DNA from: Pseudomonadales bacterium
GTDB lineage: Bacteria > Pseudomonadota > Gammaproteobacteria > Pseudomonadales > JBECKS01
NCBI GenBank assembly: GCA_040235395.1
Contig: JBECKS010000211.1
Span: 1 to 60,720, forward strand
Direction: 5' to 3'
DNA: 60,720 bases
Made by a program: the position numbers and the translations under genes. Below, piece by piece: positions 8,938 through 18,490 of this stretch; positions within the stretch are counted from its first letter, which is position 1; each line of letters begins with the position of its first letter. The notes under the pieces were generated by a model, which worked only from the letters and a program-made list of their open reading frames with translations, did no database searches and had not been told where the DNA came from.

Positions 8938-9789
8938 ATGACTTCTACTCCAGAAAATCTTCACATTGTTACTCGGGAAATTCAGGTAGATTTTGAAAAA
9001 GCACTGGCGACAAAACCAGCGTGGCACAGCAACGACCTTGTAATTTCACACTTTTTCAGCGGCTTACAGGCAACCTTCCCCGAAGGCGAACGCTTCTTTA
9101 TTGATGCTGCACGAGATGTTCGGGACAAGAACAAAGACAAACTACCGGAACATTTACTCAAGCAAATACAGACTTTCATACAACAGGAAGCCTTTCATGG
9201 AAAAGTTCATGATGACTGGTGTCAGGCAATGATCAAACTAGGCTTCACACAACTCGAAGATTTTGATCTGGAATTAAAAGAACTCCGGCAACAGGCAAGA
9301 GAACATGCACCTGCAATGTTCAGGCTTTCCATAACTTCAGCGGTTGAACATTACACTGCATCCTTAGCGCATCTTTTTTTGAAAAAATCTTCATATATAG
9401 ATGGTGCTGACAAACCATTTAAATATGTCCTTCTTTATCATGCACTTGAAGAAGTCGAACACAAAGCAGTGTGTTTTGACCTGTTTCAAGCCGCAGGCGG
9501 CCACTATCCACTCAGGGCTATTGGGCTTGTGCTTGCCAGCATTCAGTTTGCCTATCAGGGTCGTAAACGTCACATCTATCTATTAAAAGCCTCTAATGCT
9601 TGGAATCTGAAAACGCGTTGGCAAGCCTGGAAATTTATCTGGGGCTGGAATGGCATCGTCATGAATCTTGTTCCCTACGTCTTGCGTTATCTCAAACCCA
9701 ACTTTCATCCATGGGAAACAGATGAGAGAAAGGCACTCAATGAGCGTTATTCCAGTGACTTTAATGAAGTTGGCATGAGCGTTTACTAA
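8938..9789 (+). CDS. Predicted metal-dependent hydrolase (PF10118-like)
   Basis: HFFSGLQATFPEGERFFIDAARDV ... QQEAFHGKVHDDW ... ALEEVEHKAV match the His/Glu-rich pattern I recall for this family. Confidence 0.65.
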   Translation: MTSTPENLHIVTREIQVDFEKALATKPAWHSNDLVISHFFSGLQATFPEGERFFIDAARDVRDKNKDKLPEHLLKQIQTFIQQEAFHGKVHDDWCQAMIKLGFTQLEDFDLELKELRQQAREHAPAMFRLSITSAVEHYTASLAHLFLKKSSYIDGADKPFKYVLLYHALEEVEHKAVCFDLFQAAGGHYPLRAIGLVLASIQFAYQGRKRHIYLLKASNAWNLKTRWQAWKFIWGWNGIVMNLVPYVLRYLKPNFHPWETDERKALNERYSSDFNEVGMSVY

Positions 9790-9803
9790 TTTTAAAAACA
9801 CCT

Positions 9804-9818
9804 ACACCTGACAGGTGT
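9804..9818 (+). terminator. Weak hairpin after the hydrolase gene
   Basis: acacct-gac-aggtgt followed by ttcat. The stem is short and the T-tract is poor. Confidence 0.3.
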
Positions 9819-9879
9819 TTCATCCATCACGCGTGCTGTTTATACTAAGCCTGTTTCTGACAAGGCAAGGTTAAACATC

Positions 9880-10698
9880 ATGAGCGATATTCTGCCACTT
9901 CTAATTGAGCCATCTGACCTACTTCCTCAACTCGATAATCCAGCTTTACTGATTATTGATTTAAGCAGAGAGTCTGTGTACCAACAGGCGCATGTTCCCA
10001 ACGCCATATTTGTTGACTTCAAAGAACTGGTTTCAGGCATTCAACCTGCAACAGGAAAACTTCCTGACGAAGAAAAACTTAATCATCTTTTTTCAAAAAT
10101 TGGTTTAAGCGAAAACCGTCATGTTGTGGTTTACGACGATGAAGGTGGTGGCTGGGCTGGACGATTTATCTGGACACTGGATTGTATTGGGCACAAACAT
10201 TATTCCTATTTGAATGGCGGCATCCATGCATGGATTGCGGAACAGATGCCCATTCAACAGGAAGCAGCAGAAGCCACCCCCAGCTCTTATCAAGTTCATA
10301 TTGATGCAGCTCATGCCCGTGTTGATAAACAGTTCATTCTAGACAACATAAATAGCGACAAAATCAGCATCTGGGATGCCCGTTCTCCTGATGAATATGA
10401 TGGTGTGAAAGTATTCGCTGCAAAAGGTGGTCATATTCCTGGCGCGCACAACTATGAATGGACAACAGCGATGGATAAGGAAAACTCACTGCGTTTGAGG
10501 AATCTTTCAGAAATCGAAAAAGAACTACAAGAAGCCGGCATTAATCGTAATCGTACGGTAATCACCCACTGCCAGACTCATCATCGTTCTGGTTTTACTT
10601 ATTTATTAGGAAAGATTCTAGGCTTTGAGGATATTCGAGCTTACGATGGCTCATGGTCCGAATGGGGCAACGACCCAGACACCCCCGTTGAAAAATAA
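9880..10698 (+). CDS. rhdA: Thiosulfate sulfurtransferase (tandem rhodanese domains), RhdA-type
   Basis: Two rhodanese domains. The active-site loop HCQTHHRSG is the RhdA-type CQTHHR loop. It sits immediately upstream of psd, as in pseudomonads. Confidence 0.85.
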   Translation: MSDILPLLIEPSDLLPQLDNPALLIIDLSRESVYQQAHVPNAIFVDFKELVSGIQPATGKLPDEEKLNHLFSKIGLSENRHVVVYDDEGGGWAGRFIWTLDCIGHKHYSYLNGGIHAWIAEQMPIQQEAAEATPSSYQVHIDAAHARVDKQFILDNINSDKISIWDARSPDEYDGVKVFAAKGGHIPGAHNYEWTTAMDKENSLRLRNLSEIEKELQEAGINRNRTVITHCQTHHRSGFTYLLGKILGFEDIRAYDGSWSEWGNDPDTPVEK

Positions 10699-10732
10699 AC
10701 AATCACTTTTATAAATTAATAATCCTTAATTC

Positions 10733-11599
10733 ATGTTACAGAAATTTACTGAAGTCAGTTTCATCATTCTCCAGATTATTCTTCCCAAACACTTGCTTTC
10801 ACGATGGATTGCAAAGTTAGGTGATAGTCATATTTCATGGTTGAAAAATATTCTCATTAATCTCGCCATCGATGTATTCAACATTGATATCAACGAGGCA
10901 GAGTCAGACGACCCCGATGACTACCCAAGTTTTAATGATTTTTTTATGCGGAAACTAAAAGATGGAGCTCGACCTATCGCCAAGGGGAAACAAAACATAG
11001 TTAGCCCAAGCGATGGACTGATTAGCCAGATTGGTAAAATTGAAAATGACACCCTTATTCAGGCTAAAGGAAAATATTTTAATCTTACTGACCTAATTGG
11101 TGGAAATAAGGAACTAGCCGAACAATTTATTGATGGCTTTTTCGCAACCATTTATCTCTCACCACGTGATTATCATAGAGTACACATGCCCTGCGATGGG
11201 CAACTTACTGAAAGTATTTACGTACCAGGTGAATTATTTTCGGTCAATCAAAGCACCGCAACACACATTGATAATCTATTTGCCAGAAACGAAAGACTGG
11301 TTTGTATATTCGACAACAAACAAGGCCCCGTTGCTTCCATCATGGTTGGCGCCATGCTAGTGGCTGGTATTGAAACTGTATGGAGTGGCCAGGTTGTCCC
11401 TCCTGTTCATGCTACCTCGGAATTCTCAAATCGAAAGGCAGAAAAAATCAAACTTGGTAAAGGTGATGAAATGGGACGCTTCAAGTTCGGATCCACCGTC
11501 ATTTTGCTTTTCCCAAAAGATTCCATGAAATGGAATGATGATATGCATGCGGGGATGAATATTAAAATGGGCCAGGCTATTGGTGAGTGGCTAAAATAA
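10733..11599 (+). CDS. psd: Phosphatidylserine decarboxylase proenzyme
   Basis: LSPRDYHRVHMP and the FKFGSTVILLF self-cleavage (G-S-T) site. Confidence 0.9.
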   Translation: MLQKFTEVSFIILQIILPKHLLSRWIAKLGDSHISWLKNILINLAIDVFNIDINEAESDDPDDYPSFNDFFMRKLKDGARPIAKGKQNIVSPSDGLISQIGKIENDTLIQAKGKYFNLTDLIGGNKELAEQFIDGFFATIYLSPRDYHRVHMPCDGQLTESIYVPGELFSVNQSTATHIDNLFARNERLVCIFDNKQGPVASIMVGAMLVAGIETVWSGQVVPPVHATSEFSNRKAEKIKLGKGDEMGRFKFGSTVILLFPKDSMKWNDDMHAGMNIKMGQAIGEWLK

Positions 11600-11602
11600 T
11601 TC

Positions 11603-12577
11603 CTAAAAAATATCCAGCTGTTGAATAGATTGAACTTTCAGCTTGCACATTAATAAGCGATCAAAACCTAAGGCAATACCAGCACAGGGTGGAAAATTTT
11701 TCATTGCCTTCAAAAATTCGTTATCAATGGGAATTTCCGGCATGCCCGATTTCAAGCGTAATTGATTGTCTTTTTCAAAACGCTGCCTAAGAATTTCACT
11801 TTCACTCTCTTCCTGATAAGCATTCGCAAGTTCAAGTCCCGAAAAATATATTTCAAAGCGCTTTGCAACCTGATTGCCACATTCATCCTTTTCACAACTA
11901 GCAAGCGCCGCTTGCTCAGCAGGAAAATCCTCAACAAAAGTTATTGCATCAGGATCAAAATACTTTTCAACTTCTTCTGCAAACAATAAATGAATACACT
12001 CTTCCTTGGTCAGGGAATCCAGATTCGAAACATCCATACTCTCTTTGATGCAACTTTGCAGTTCTTTCTGGCTGCTATTAAATGGATCCATATTTAGTGA
12101 AGCTAAAAATGCATCACGATAACTTATACGCGACACCACCGTTGTTTCAAACAGGCATTCGAACAAACGAATACATTGCTGCAACAACTGCTCTAGATTC
12201 CAGCGAGGAACATACCATTCAATCATGGTGAATTCTGTTTTATGCCGGCTTCCCTCTCCGTCATTACGGAAGGCCTTACAAATCTGGTACATGGGAACAG
12301 GCGTTTTTTCTAACAAACGTTTCATTGCGAACTCGGGCGAACTCTGCAAAAAATATTGCTCACCCCTAACAGCCAGGCTTAAATGATGGATATAAGGGTC
12401 GGGTGTTGCACAGGGATAAAGCAAAGGTGTATCAACTTCCACCAAACCCTCTGCTTCAAAAAATACACGAATCTTTTTGAGTAGACTCGCGCGAGCATGA
12501 ATAAGTTCAGACGTTTCCAAATCAGCTTTTAGCGCGACTCTGATATTCTCCAGAACGCGTATCAACTCGAAGCACAT
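11603..12577 (-). CDS. epmA: EF-P (R)-beta-lysine ligase EpmA (PoxA/GenX)
   Basis: Class II LysRS-like core: [66 protein letters not shown]. The start is uncertain. ATG 12577 overlaps efp by 56 nt. TTG 12520 lies 1 nt after the efp stop. The track's 12703 start is not credible. Confidence 0.85.
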   Translation of the reverse strand: MCFELIRVLENIRVALKADLETSELIHARASLLKKIRVFFEAEGLVEVDTPLLYPCATPDPYIHHLSLAVRGEQYFLQSSPEFAMKRLLEKTPVPMYQICKAFRNDGEGSRHKTEFTMIEWYVPRWNLEQLLQQCIRLFECLFETTVVSRISYRDAFLASLNMDPFNSSQKELQSCIKESMDVSNLDSLTKEECIHLLFAEEVEKYFDPDAITFVEDFPAEQAALASCEKDECGNQVAKRFEIYFSGLELANAYQEESESEILRQRFEKDNQLRLKSGMPEIPIDNEFLKAMKNFPPCAGIALGFDRLLMCKLKVQSIQQLDIF

Positions 12578-13091
12578 CGCCGATAGAAATAAACAGCGGT
12601 ACGTTAACCACTGCGCCAGTCGCCAGTTTTGCCGGTTTGGTACCGCCATTAGCGGTATCACCTTTAAGACCAGGGTCGGTTTCCACCACCTCAAGCTCAA
12701 CAAAATTTGGAGGGGTGACAGTCAATGGCGTACCATTCCAAAGTGTTACCGTACAGGTGTCTTCTTCCTTCAACCATTTCATGGCGTAATCCACCGCACT
12801 TTCATTGGCGGCATATTGCTCGAAAGAATTAGGCTCCATAAAGTGCCAGAACTCACCATCGGTATAAAGATACTGCATGTCAATTTCAACAACGTCTGCA
12901 CCTTCCAGACTTTCACCCGACTTAAAGGTTTTTTCCCACTGACGTCCCGTTTTAAGATTCTTTAACCTGACACGATTAAAAGCCTGTCCTTTACCAGGTT
13001 TTACTACCTCGTTTTCAACAATGGTGCATGGATCGCCTTCAAGAATGACCTTGAGACCTGCCTTGAATTCATTGGTAGAATAAAATGCCAT
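12522..13091 (-). CDS. efp: Elongation factor P
   Basis: 189 aa. [18 protein letters not shown] carries the modifiable Lys34 (codon 12992-12990). Confidence 0.95.
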   Translation of the reverse strand: MAFYSTNEFKAGLKVILEGDPCTIVENEVVKPGKGQAFNRVRLKNLKTGRQWEKTFKSGESLEGADVVEIDMQYLYTDGEFWHFMEPNSFEQYAANESAVDYAMKWLKEEDTCTVTLWNGTPLTVTPPNFVELEVVETDPGLKGDTANGGTKPAKLATGAVVNVPLFISIGDVLRVDTRSGEYQSRAKS

Positions 13092-13144
13092 AATGCTATT
13101 TCACCTTATCATTCGGATTAAAACCGACGTGTTATTTAACAAAA

Positions 13145-14239
13145 ATGTCCAAGAGACAACCATTAGATTCCATGAAGACCATTGATCTTTTAGAGCAGGA
13201 ATATCCTGAAAAAAACCAGAACCCTTCCTCTTTACAATTTTCGGTGCAACAACAGCATCAGGAAGAGTGGCAGCAAGCCCTGTCTCAAGCGGTGACGAAC
13301 CCTAAACAATTATTACAAGCCCTGCAACTGGATGCCAGCCTTCTAAACGATGATGTCTTAGAAGCTTCAAAACAGTTCAGGACTTTTGTGACAGAAAGCT
13401 TTCTTAAAAGAATAAGAAAAGGTAATCCTGATGATCCCCTGTTCAAACAGGTATGGGCAAATCCTCTAGAATTGTATGAGCATCCAGATTTTGAAAATGA
13501 CCCTTTAGAAGAGGCTAAAGCCAATCCCGTACCCGGCTTACTACATAAATACCACGGTAGGGTCTTACTCATTACTAACAGTCATTGTGCTATTAACTGC
13601 CGTTTCTGTTTCAGGCGAAACTTTGCCTATCACGACAATCATTTTTCAAGCAAACACCAACAGGCAATCGTTGATTACCTCACACAGAATCCTACCATTG
13701 AAGAAGTTATCCTTAGTGGCGGCGATCCCTTGCTGCTCAATGATTCAAGGCTGGGCGAATTACTAACACTCCTTGAACCCATTCATCACATCAAGCGACT
13801 CAGAATCCACAGCCGAATTCCTATCGTGCTGCCCTCTCGTATGACCAAAAATCTAATTAACACCCTCAATCAAAGCCGCTTGCTCAAGGTTCTGGTCATT
13901 CATAGCAATCACCCTCAGGAATTCAATGAGGAGGTTGGCAAGGCACTGGCTATGTTGCATTTATCCTTCCTTCAGGTTCTCAATCAAAGTGTTCTGCTAA
14001 AAGGGGTTAATGATGACGTGGAAACCCTGATTTCCCTTCAACAGACCCTCTTCGAACATCAGGTACAAAGTTATTACCTTCACACTCTGGATAAGGTAAA
14101 AGGAACTTCTCACTTCGACCTGCCTCTAGAACATGCAAAAGCAATCTATCAGCAACTCCAGGCTAGGCTCCCGGGTTACATGCTCCCAAGATTAGTGAGC
14201 GAAATCGCTGGAAAGACTGAAAAAACGCTGATTTTCTAG
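13145..14239 (+). CDS. epmB: EF-P beta-lysylation protein EpmB (lysine 2,3-aminomutase family, radical SAM)
   Basis: CAINCRFCFRR radical-SAM CxxxCxxC motif, SGGDPLLL, and divergent from efp as in enterobacteria. Confidence 0.9.
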   Translation: MSKRQPLDSMKTIDLLEQEYPEKNQNPSSLQFSVQQQHQEEWQQALSQAVTNPKQLLQALQLDASLLNDDVLEASKQFRTFVTESFLKRIRKGNPDDPLFKQVWANPLELYEHPDFENDPLEEAKANPVPGLLHKYHGRVLLITNSHCAINCRFCFRRNFAYHDNHFSSKHQQAIVDYLTQNPTIEEVILSGGDPLLLNDSRLGELLTLLEPIHHIKRLRIHSRIPIVLPSRMTKNLINTLNQSRLLKVLVIHSNHPQEFNEEVGKALAMLHLSFLQVLNQSVLLKGVNDDVETLISLQQTLFEHQVQSYYLHTLDKVKGTSHFDLPLEHAKAIYQQLQARLPGYMLPRLVSEIAGKTEKTLIF

Positions 14240-14469
14240 CTTTCTTTATAAAAAAATGAGGGAAAACTCACAAAATACCCAACTTCAAAGGGATTGAGGC
14301 AAAAAGTGATGGATTTATTGGACTTTTATGGCTTAGAATTCAATCACTTAGAAGAATAATATATCAACTTACTTGAAATTCAGTCGGCTTCGCCTATTGC
14401 CGATGCCATTGTTTAGAACATTCATTTGGTAGAAAGTCATAAACTGGAAAGTTATAAAAGTCACTAGAG

Positions 14470-16293
14470 ATGGAAAGTAACGCAACCATACAGCTTCGTG
14501 TTCCCAAACAGGATCTCCTCAGCCTGACCTTCGATGCGTCTACGCCTAAGAAGATGACTGCCTGGGTTGAATCCCTGCCAATGGTGAATGTTGGTGAAAG
14601 TTCAAGACGTCTCTACGGCGCAATACAGGAACTGAATCGCTTCAAGACTGATGCAAGAACACGCTTGCAAATGCTTGAACAAATGCGTGGTCCTATTCAT
14701 TACGTATGCAAATCCCTGGAAAAACATTTTCTCAATCAGTCAATCGTTCTGAATGACAAGGAAAGCAAGGTCGCAAATCTTTCTCAAGCTTTACAGAATC
14801 ACCTTGCCACAGGTTACAAGATTATTGTTATTGAAACGCTTTCGCAGAAAACTTCTGAAGCGGCAAAGTTAAGAGCCATTGCAACCCATAGAGCGCTTAC
14901 CGAACTGTCTGGAAATCTTTTGCGCTGTTACCAACTGTATTTCCCTACACCAAATGGTTTATGGAGAGAGATACATCAACTTTACACACTCGCAGATCAC
15001 TATGGCATTCTGGATCAACGCTTTGAGGATGAAGTTGTAAAGAGCAACTTAAGCGTCAAAGAGTGCTACTACAAGACAATGCTGCTATCCACGGCCAGAC
15101 CAAACCAGCTCAGACAACAGGAAATAGCTCACCTTTCTTCTGTTTTCAATTTGTGGGCCGAACACTGTGAGCTCACATCCTTTGCGTCGACACCCCTACC
15201 CTTCGTTGTTGATCTTGAAAGTGACCAAGGTGCGCTCTATACACAATGGAATCGAGATAGCCTGCGACATAAAGCAAGATCCCTGCGTTATGTAAATGTG
15301 AAGGCGCTAGTTGAAGTGGTTAAAAACCGTATACAGAATACCAATAGTGACGAAAAGGTCGAATTGATTATCAAGACCTTGTCGCCAACTGTCCTGAGGC
15401 ATCTACTGCAATCGTGGAGCGCTTCTTCTCAAAGAGCTTTTGCCCGTACCCAAACGGAAGGTCCTATCTCTCTTGCCTTCGGGCTCGGTGCAGTACACCA
15501 CTTTATCGCCAACGGTCAGGAATTCGGCATGATGCTCTCTGGTGGCAAGCAAGAGATACTTGTTAAGGAAGAAAGCGATAATCCATTCCTGAGTGCCGGA
15601 AACAATCGTAATTATGGCTTTAATGAAGAGTTACGTTCTGGCGGTGATGTGTGGGCGCTTCAAGCCATTAGTGTTTCTGAAAAAAAATCAGGCAAAACGA
15701 ACTCAAAAGATGAAAACAAAAATCAATTCAATGCCTATCAGTGCCAGATGGTAGACACTAGCCCAGGTGGCTATTGTCTTGAATGGAAAGGTGGTGCACC
15801 AACTCTGCTAAAAACAGGTGAAATGATTGCCATCAAGGAACCTAAGCAGGAACAATGGAGCATGGGAGTTATTCGATGGGTTAAGAAACTATCAACCGAA
15901 ACCCTTCGCCTTGGACTTGAACTGTTAGCTCCTCATGCGGAAGCAGTTGGTGCCAAGGTTATCCATAAAGATGGCAGCACAACTGAATACATGCGCGCCA
16001 TCCGCTTACCTGAATTAAAGGCTATTGGACACGCTAGCACCCTCATCACACCGAGACTGACGTTTAAAGAAGGTTACAAGGTGCTACTCAATATCTCAGG
16101 CAGGGAAGTGCGAGTTCAGCTCACCAAAGAAATCGGCGCAACAGCCAGTTTCAGCCAGTTTGAATACAAGATTATGGGTGAGAAAGCTGCTAGCAAAATG
16201 AAAGCAGAAGAGATAAATGAAGACTTGATTCCCACACTGGAAAAACAGAATGACGACGACGATGATTTCAACTCACTCTGGACGAGTATTTAG
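14470..16293 (+). CDS. FimW-like (PA4958-like) protein with C-terminal PilZ-type barrel
   Basis: 607 aa, immediately upstream of the FimX-like gene as PA4958 is in P. aeruginosa (from memory). The C-terminal segment QMVDTSPGGYCLEW contains a DxSxxG PilZ motif. I see no clear RxxxR nearby. Confidence 0.6.
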   Translation: MESNATIQLRVPKQDLLSLTFDASTPKKMTAWVESLPMVNVGESSRRLYGAIQELNRFKTDARTRLQMLEQMRGPIHYVCKSLEKHFLNQSIVLNDKESKVANLSQALQNHLATGYKIIVIETLSQKTSEAAKLRAIATHRALTELSGNLLRCYQLYFPTPNGLWREIHQLYTLADHYGILDQRFEDEVVKSNLSVKECYYKTMLLSTARPNQLRQQEIAHLSSVFNLWAEHCELTSFASTPLPFVVDLESDQGALYTQWNRDSLRHKARSLRYVNVKALVEVVKNRIQNTNSDEKVELIIKTLSPTVLRHLLQSWSASSQRAFARTQTEGPISLAFGLGAVHHFIANGQEFGMMLSGGKQEILVKEESDNPFLSAGNNRNYGFNEELRSGGDVWALQAISVSEKKSGKTNSKDENKNQFNAYQCQMVDTSPGGYCLEWKGGAPTLLKTGEMIAIKEPKQEQWSMGVIRWVKKLSTETLRLGLELLAPHAEAVGAKVIHKDGSTTEYMRAIRLPELKAIGHASTLITPRLTFKEGYKVLLNISGREVRVQLTKEIGATASFSQFEYKIMGEKAASKMKAEEINEDLIPTLEKQNDDDDDFNSLWTSI

Positions 16294-16370
16294 CTGTCCT
16301 TTACACTAATCTCCCGTTTATATCTGCCTCAGTTCAGCCTTTTTAGGAATACTTTTTTTACCGATTCATT

Positions 16371-18449
16371 ATGAGCCAATCTGCACTATCCACACTTCAC
16401 CTTCTCATTTTGCATGAGTCCACAGACTTGGCTGAGCAAATGATTAACAGTTTAAGAAATGCTGGGCACGCCACCCGGGCTCACCACATCAATTCAGAAG
16501 ATGACCTGACTGAACTTTTGCAGAGTAAAGCTTGGGATATGTTTGTCGCAAGACCTCAAACGGATTTCCTGAGTGCTAACGATGCGATTCTACAAATCCA
16601 GAAACTTGAAAAAGATGTCCCAAGCATCGTACTACTGGATGATGAAGACCTTGATACCGTCAACGAATACCTTCAAGCAGGTGCCGAAGATGCCATTCCA
16701 CAAAGTGATAGCTTAAGACTTCAACTCGTTGTTGCACGCGAACTGAAAAACCTCGTCAACCGCAGGAAGATGAGAGAGTCCGAACGCTCCATTAAAGAAA
16801 CCGAAAAACGCTCAAGCCAGTTACTTGACCACTCAAAAGATGCCATCGCTTACGTTATTGATGGCATGCACGTTTATGCGAATCAGGCTTACATTGACCT
16901 CTTCGCCTTTGATGACGAAGAAGATATTGAAATCACACCTGTGATGGACTTGATTTCAAAAGCACATAAGGAAAAGTTCAAGGAATTCATCAAGGAAAAC
17001 AGTGATGAGGAAATCCGTGAGATTCAGCTCAAAGGTAGAAAACAAAACGGTGATGAATTTGATTTAACGCTCGTGATGGCGCGAGCAGAATATGATGGCG
17101 AAGCCTGTACACAGATAAAAGTTCCTGCATCGGGTGACAACCCTGAACTTAAGAAACAGCTTGAAGCCCTCAAGAGTCAGGACATGGTCACTGGCCTGCC
17201 AAATCAAACTGCTTTTGAAGATGTTCTGGACAAAGCTGTTGAAAGGGCTATTAAAGAACAATCCACCTATGCACTTTTCAATATTCGTATCGATTACTTC
17301 AACCGAACACGTTCAGAGATTGGTGTAGCAGAGGGTGATGTACTTTTAAATAGCTTGGCGAAAAAGTTACAGGAGTTTTTCCCAGCGCCTAATTACCTCG
17401 CCCGCTTTGGTACAGATACTTTTACTGCGCTGGATTACGAAAAAGGTTTCGATCAGGCCAAGGAACATGCTGAAAGTATAAGAGAAGCTATTTCAAACCA
17501 TATGTTTGAAATTGGTGACCGCACTGTACAAATCACTATTAGTATCGGTATTGCCTTTGTAAACGAAGTAACCACCGATGGCGATGTTATTCTTAACAAA
17601 GCGTATCAAGCTTGCCAGCTTGCCTATGAAGGCGGCAAACAGGGTAACGAGGTAAATGCTTACCAACCTGCTGCTGCGAAGAAGACAGCTCAAAACATCA
17701 ACGTGGCTGAAACGCTTCAGGAAGCTATGGAGCATGGTCAGCTGCAAGTTCTCTTCCAGCCCATCATCAATCTTCAAGATGAAAATGATCAATCCTATGA
17801 AGTCTTCATGAATCTGAAAGATGAAGAAGGTAATGAAATGTCAATGGAAGAATATTTGCACGGCATTACCATAGATGAAATTGGAGAGAAGATTGATCGC
17901 TGGGTAATCGTACAAGCCATTAAGGCGCTCGCAGAAAATCGCGCAAAAGGTAATAACACAAAACTATTTATTAACTTGACCATAAAAACGGTTCTCGATA
18001 AAGGCTTTGCTGCCTGGCTAGCTGTGGCTCTCAAGGCTGCGAAGCTTCCAGGTAATTCCCTGATTTTCCAACTCGCTGAGCCAGAAGCCGTTTCATATCT
18101 AAAACAGGCCGCTGCTTTTGCCAAGGCTGTTAACGATCAGAAATGTCAAATTGCAGTGAAACATTTTGGGGGCTCGTTGAATCCATTTAATATTGTGCAG
18201 CACATGAATATAGATTACTTCAAAATCGACCATTCCTTTGTCAAGGATTTGAATGATGAAGAAAATAAGGAAAGCATTACTGCCTTGATTTCTGGTGTTC
18301 ATGAAAGAGAGAAGAAAGTGGTTGTGCCTTTCATTGAAAGCGCGACCATGCTTTCAAGTATTTGGCAAATGGGAGCAGACTATATTCAGGGTTACTACTT
18401 CCAGGAACCTTCGCCTGTGATGAACTACGATTTTGCGAGTGACGAGTAA
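16371..18449 (+). CDS. fimX: FimX-like REC-PAS-GGDEF-EAL protein with degenerate catalytic motifs
   Basis: 692 aa. The degenerate receiver domain has HES where the acidic pocket is expected. GGDEF is replaced by GTDTF. EAL is replaced by QVLFQ. DDFG is replaced by KHFG. KID, IES and QG are retained. This is the same architecture and neighbourhood as P. aeruginosa FimX. Confidence 0.75.
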   Translation: MSQSALSTLHLLILHESTDLAEQMINSLRNAGHATRAHHINSEDDLTELLQSKAWDMFVARPQTDFLSANDAILQIQKLEKDVPSIVLLDDEDLDTVNEYLQAGAEDAIPQSDSLRLQLVVARELKNLVNRRKMRESERSIKETEKRSSQLLDHSKDAIAYVIDGMHVYANQAYIDLFAFDDEEDIEITPVMDLISKAHKEKFKEFIKENSDEEIREIQLKGRKQNGDEFDLTLVMARAEYDGEACTQIKVPASGDNPELKKQLEALKSQDMVTGLPNQTAFEDVLDKAVERAIKEQSTYALFNIRIDYFNRTRSEIGVAEGDVLLNSLAKKLQEFFPAPNYLARFGTDTFTALDYEKGFDQAKEHAESIREAISNHMFEIGDRTVQITISIGIAFVNEVTTDGDVILNKAYQACQLAYEGGKQGNEVNAYQPAAAKKTAQNINVAETLQEAMEHGQLQVLFQPIINLQDENDQSYEVFMNLKDEEGNEMSMEEYLHGITIDEIGEKIDRWVIVQAIKALAENRAKGNNTKLFINLTIKTVLDKGFAAWLAVALKAAKLPGNSLIFQLAEPEAVSYLKQAAAFAKAVNDQKCQIAVKHFGGSLNPFNIVQHMNIDYFKIDHSFVKDLNDEENKESITALISGVHEREKKVVVPFIESATMLSSIWQMGADYIQGYYFQEPSPVMNYDFASDE

Positions 18450-18454
18450 AACTT

Positions 18455-18490
18455 TTATTCGTCTTTTTATTCGTCTTTTTATTCTTCCTC
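18455..18490. repeat. 12-bp tandem duplication (2.5 copies) at the serB 3' end
   Basis: ttattcgtcttt occurs at 18455-18466 and 18467-18478, followed by ttattcttcctc, which is the serB stop plus its last codons. On the minus strand this reads GAAGAATAA AAAGACGAATAA AAAGACGAATAA, giving three in-frame TAA stops. Confidence 0.8.

Noticed and set aside
12578-12703. The track's 366-aa version of EpmA, starting at 12703.
   Set aside because: It would overlap efp by 182 nt. The extra residues ([32 protein letters not shown]...) look like out-of-frame translation of the efp 3' end. The SD-like AAGGTGAT there lies inside the efp coding sequence.
14240-14469. 230-nt intergenic region upstream of the FimW-like gene. 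It contains a 16-codon ORF (MDLLDFYGLEFNHLEE) with a GAGG upstream.
   Set aside because: It is too short and has no supporting conservation or structure that I can assess. I saw no convincing sRNA-like hairpin or terminator.
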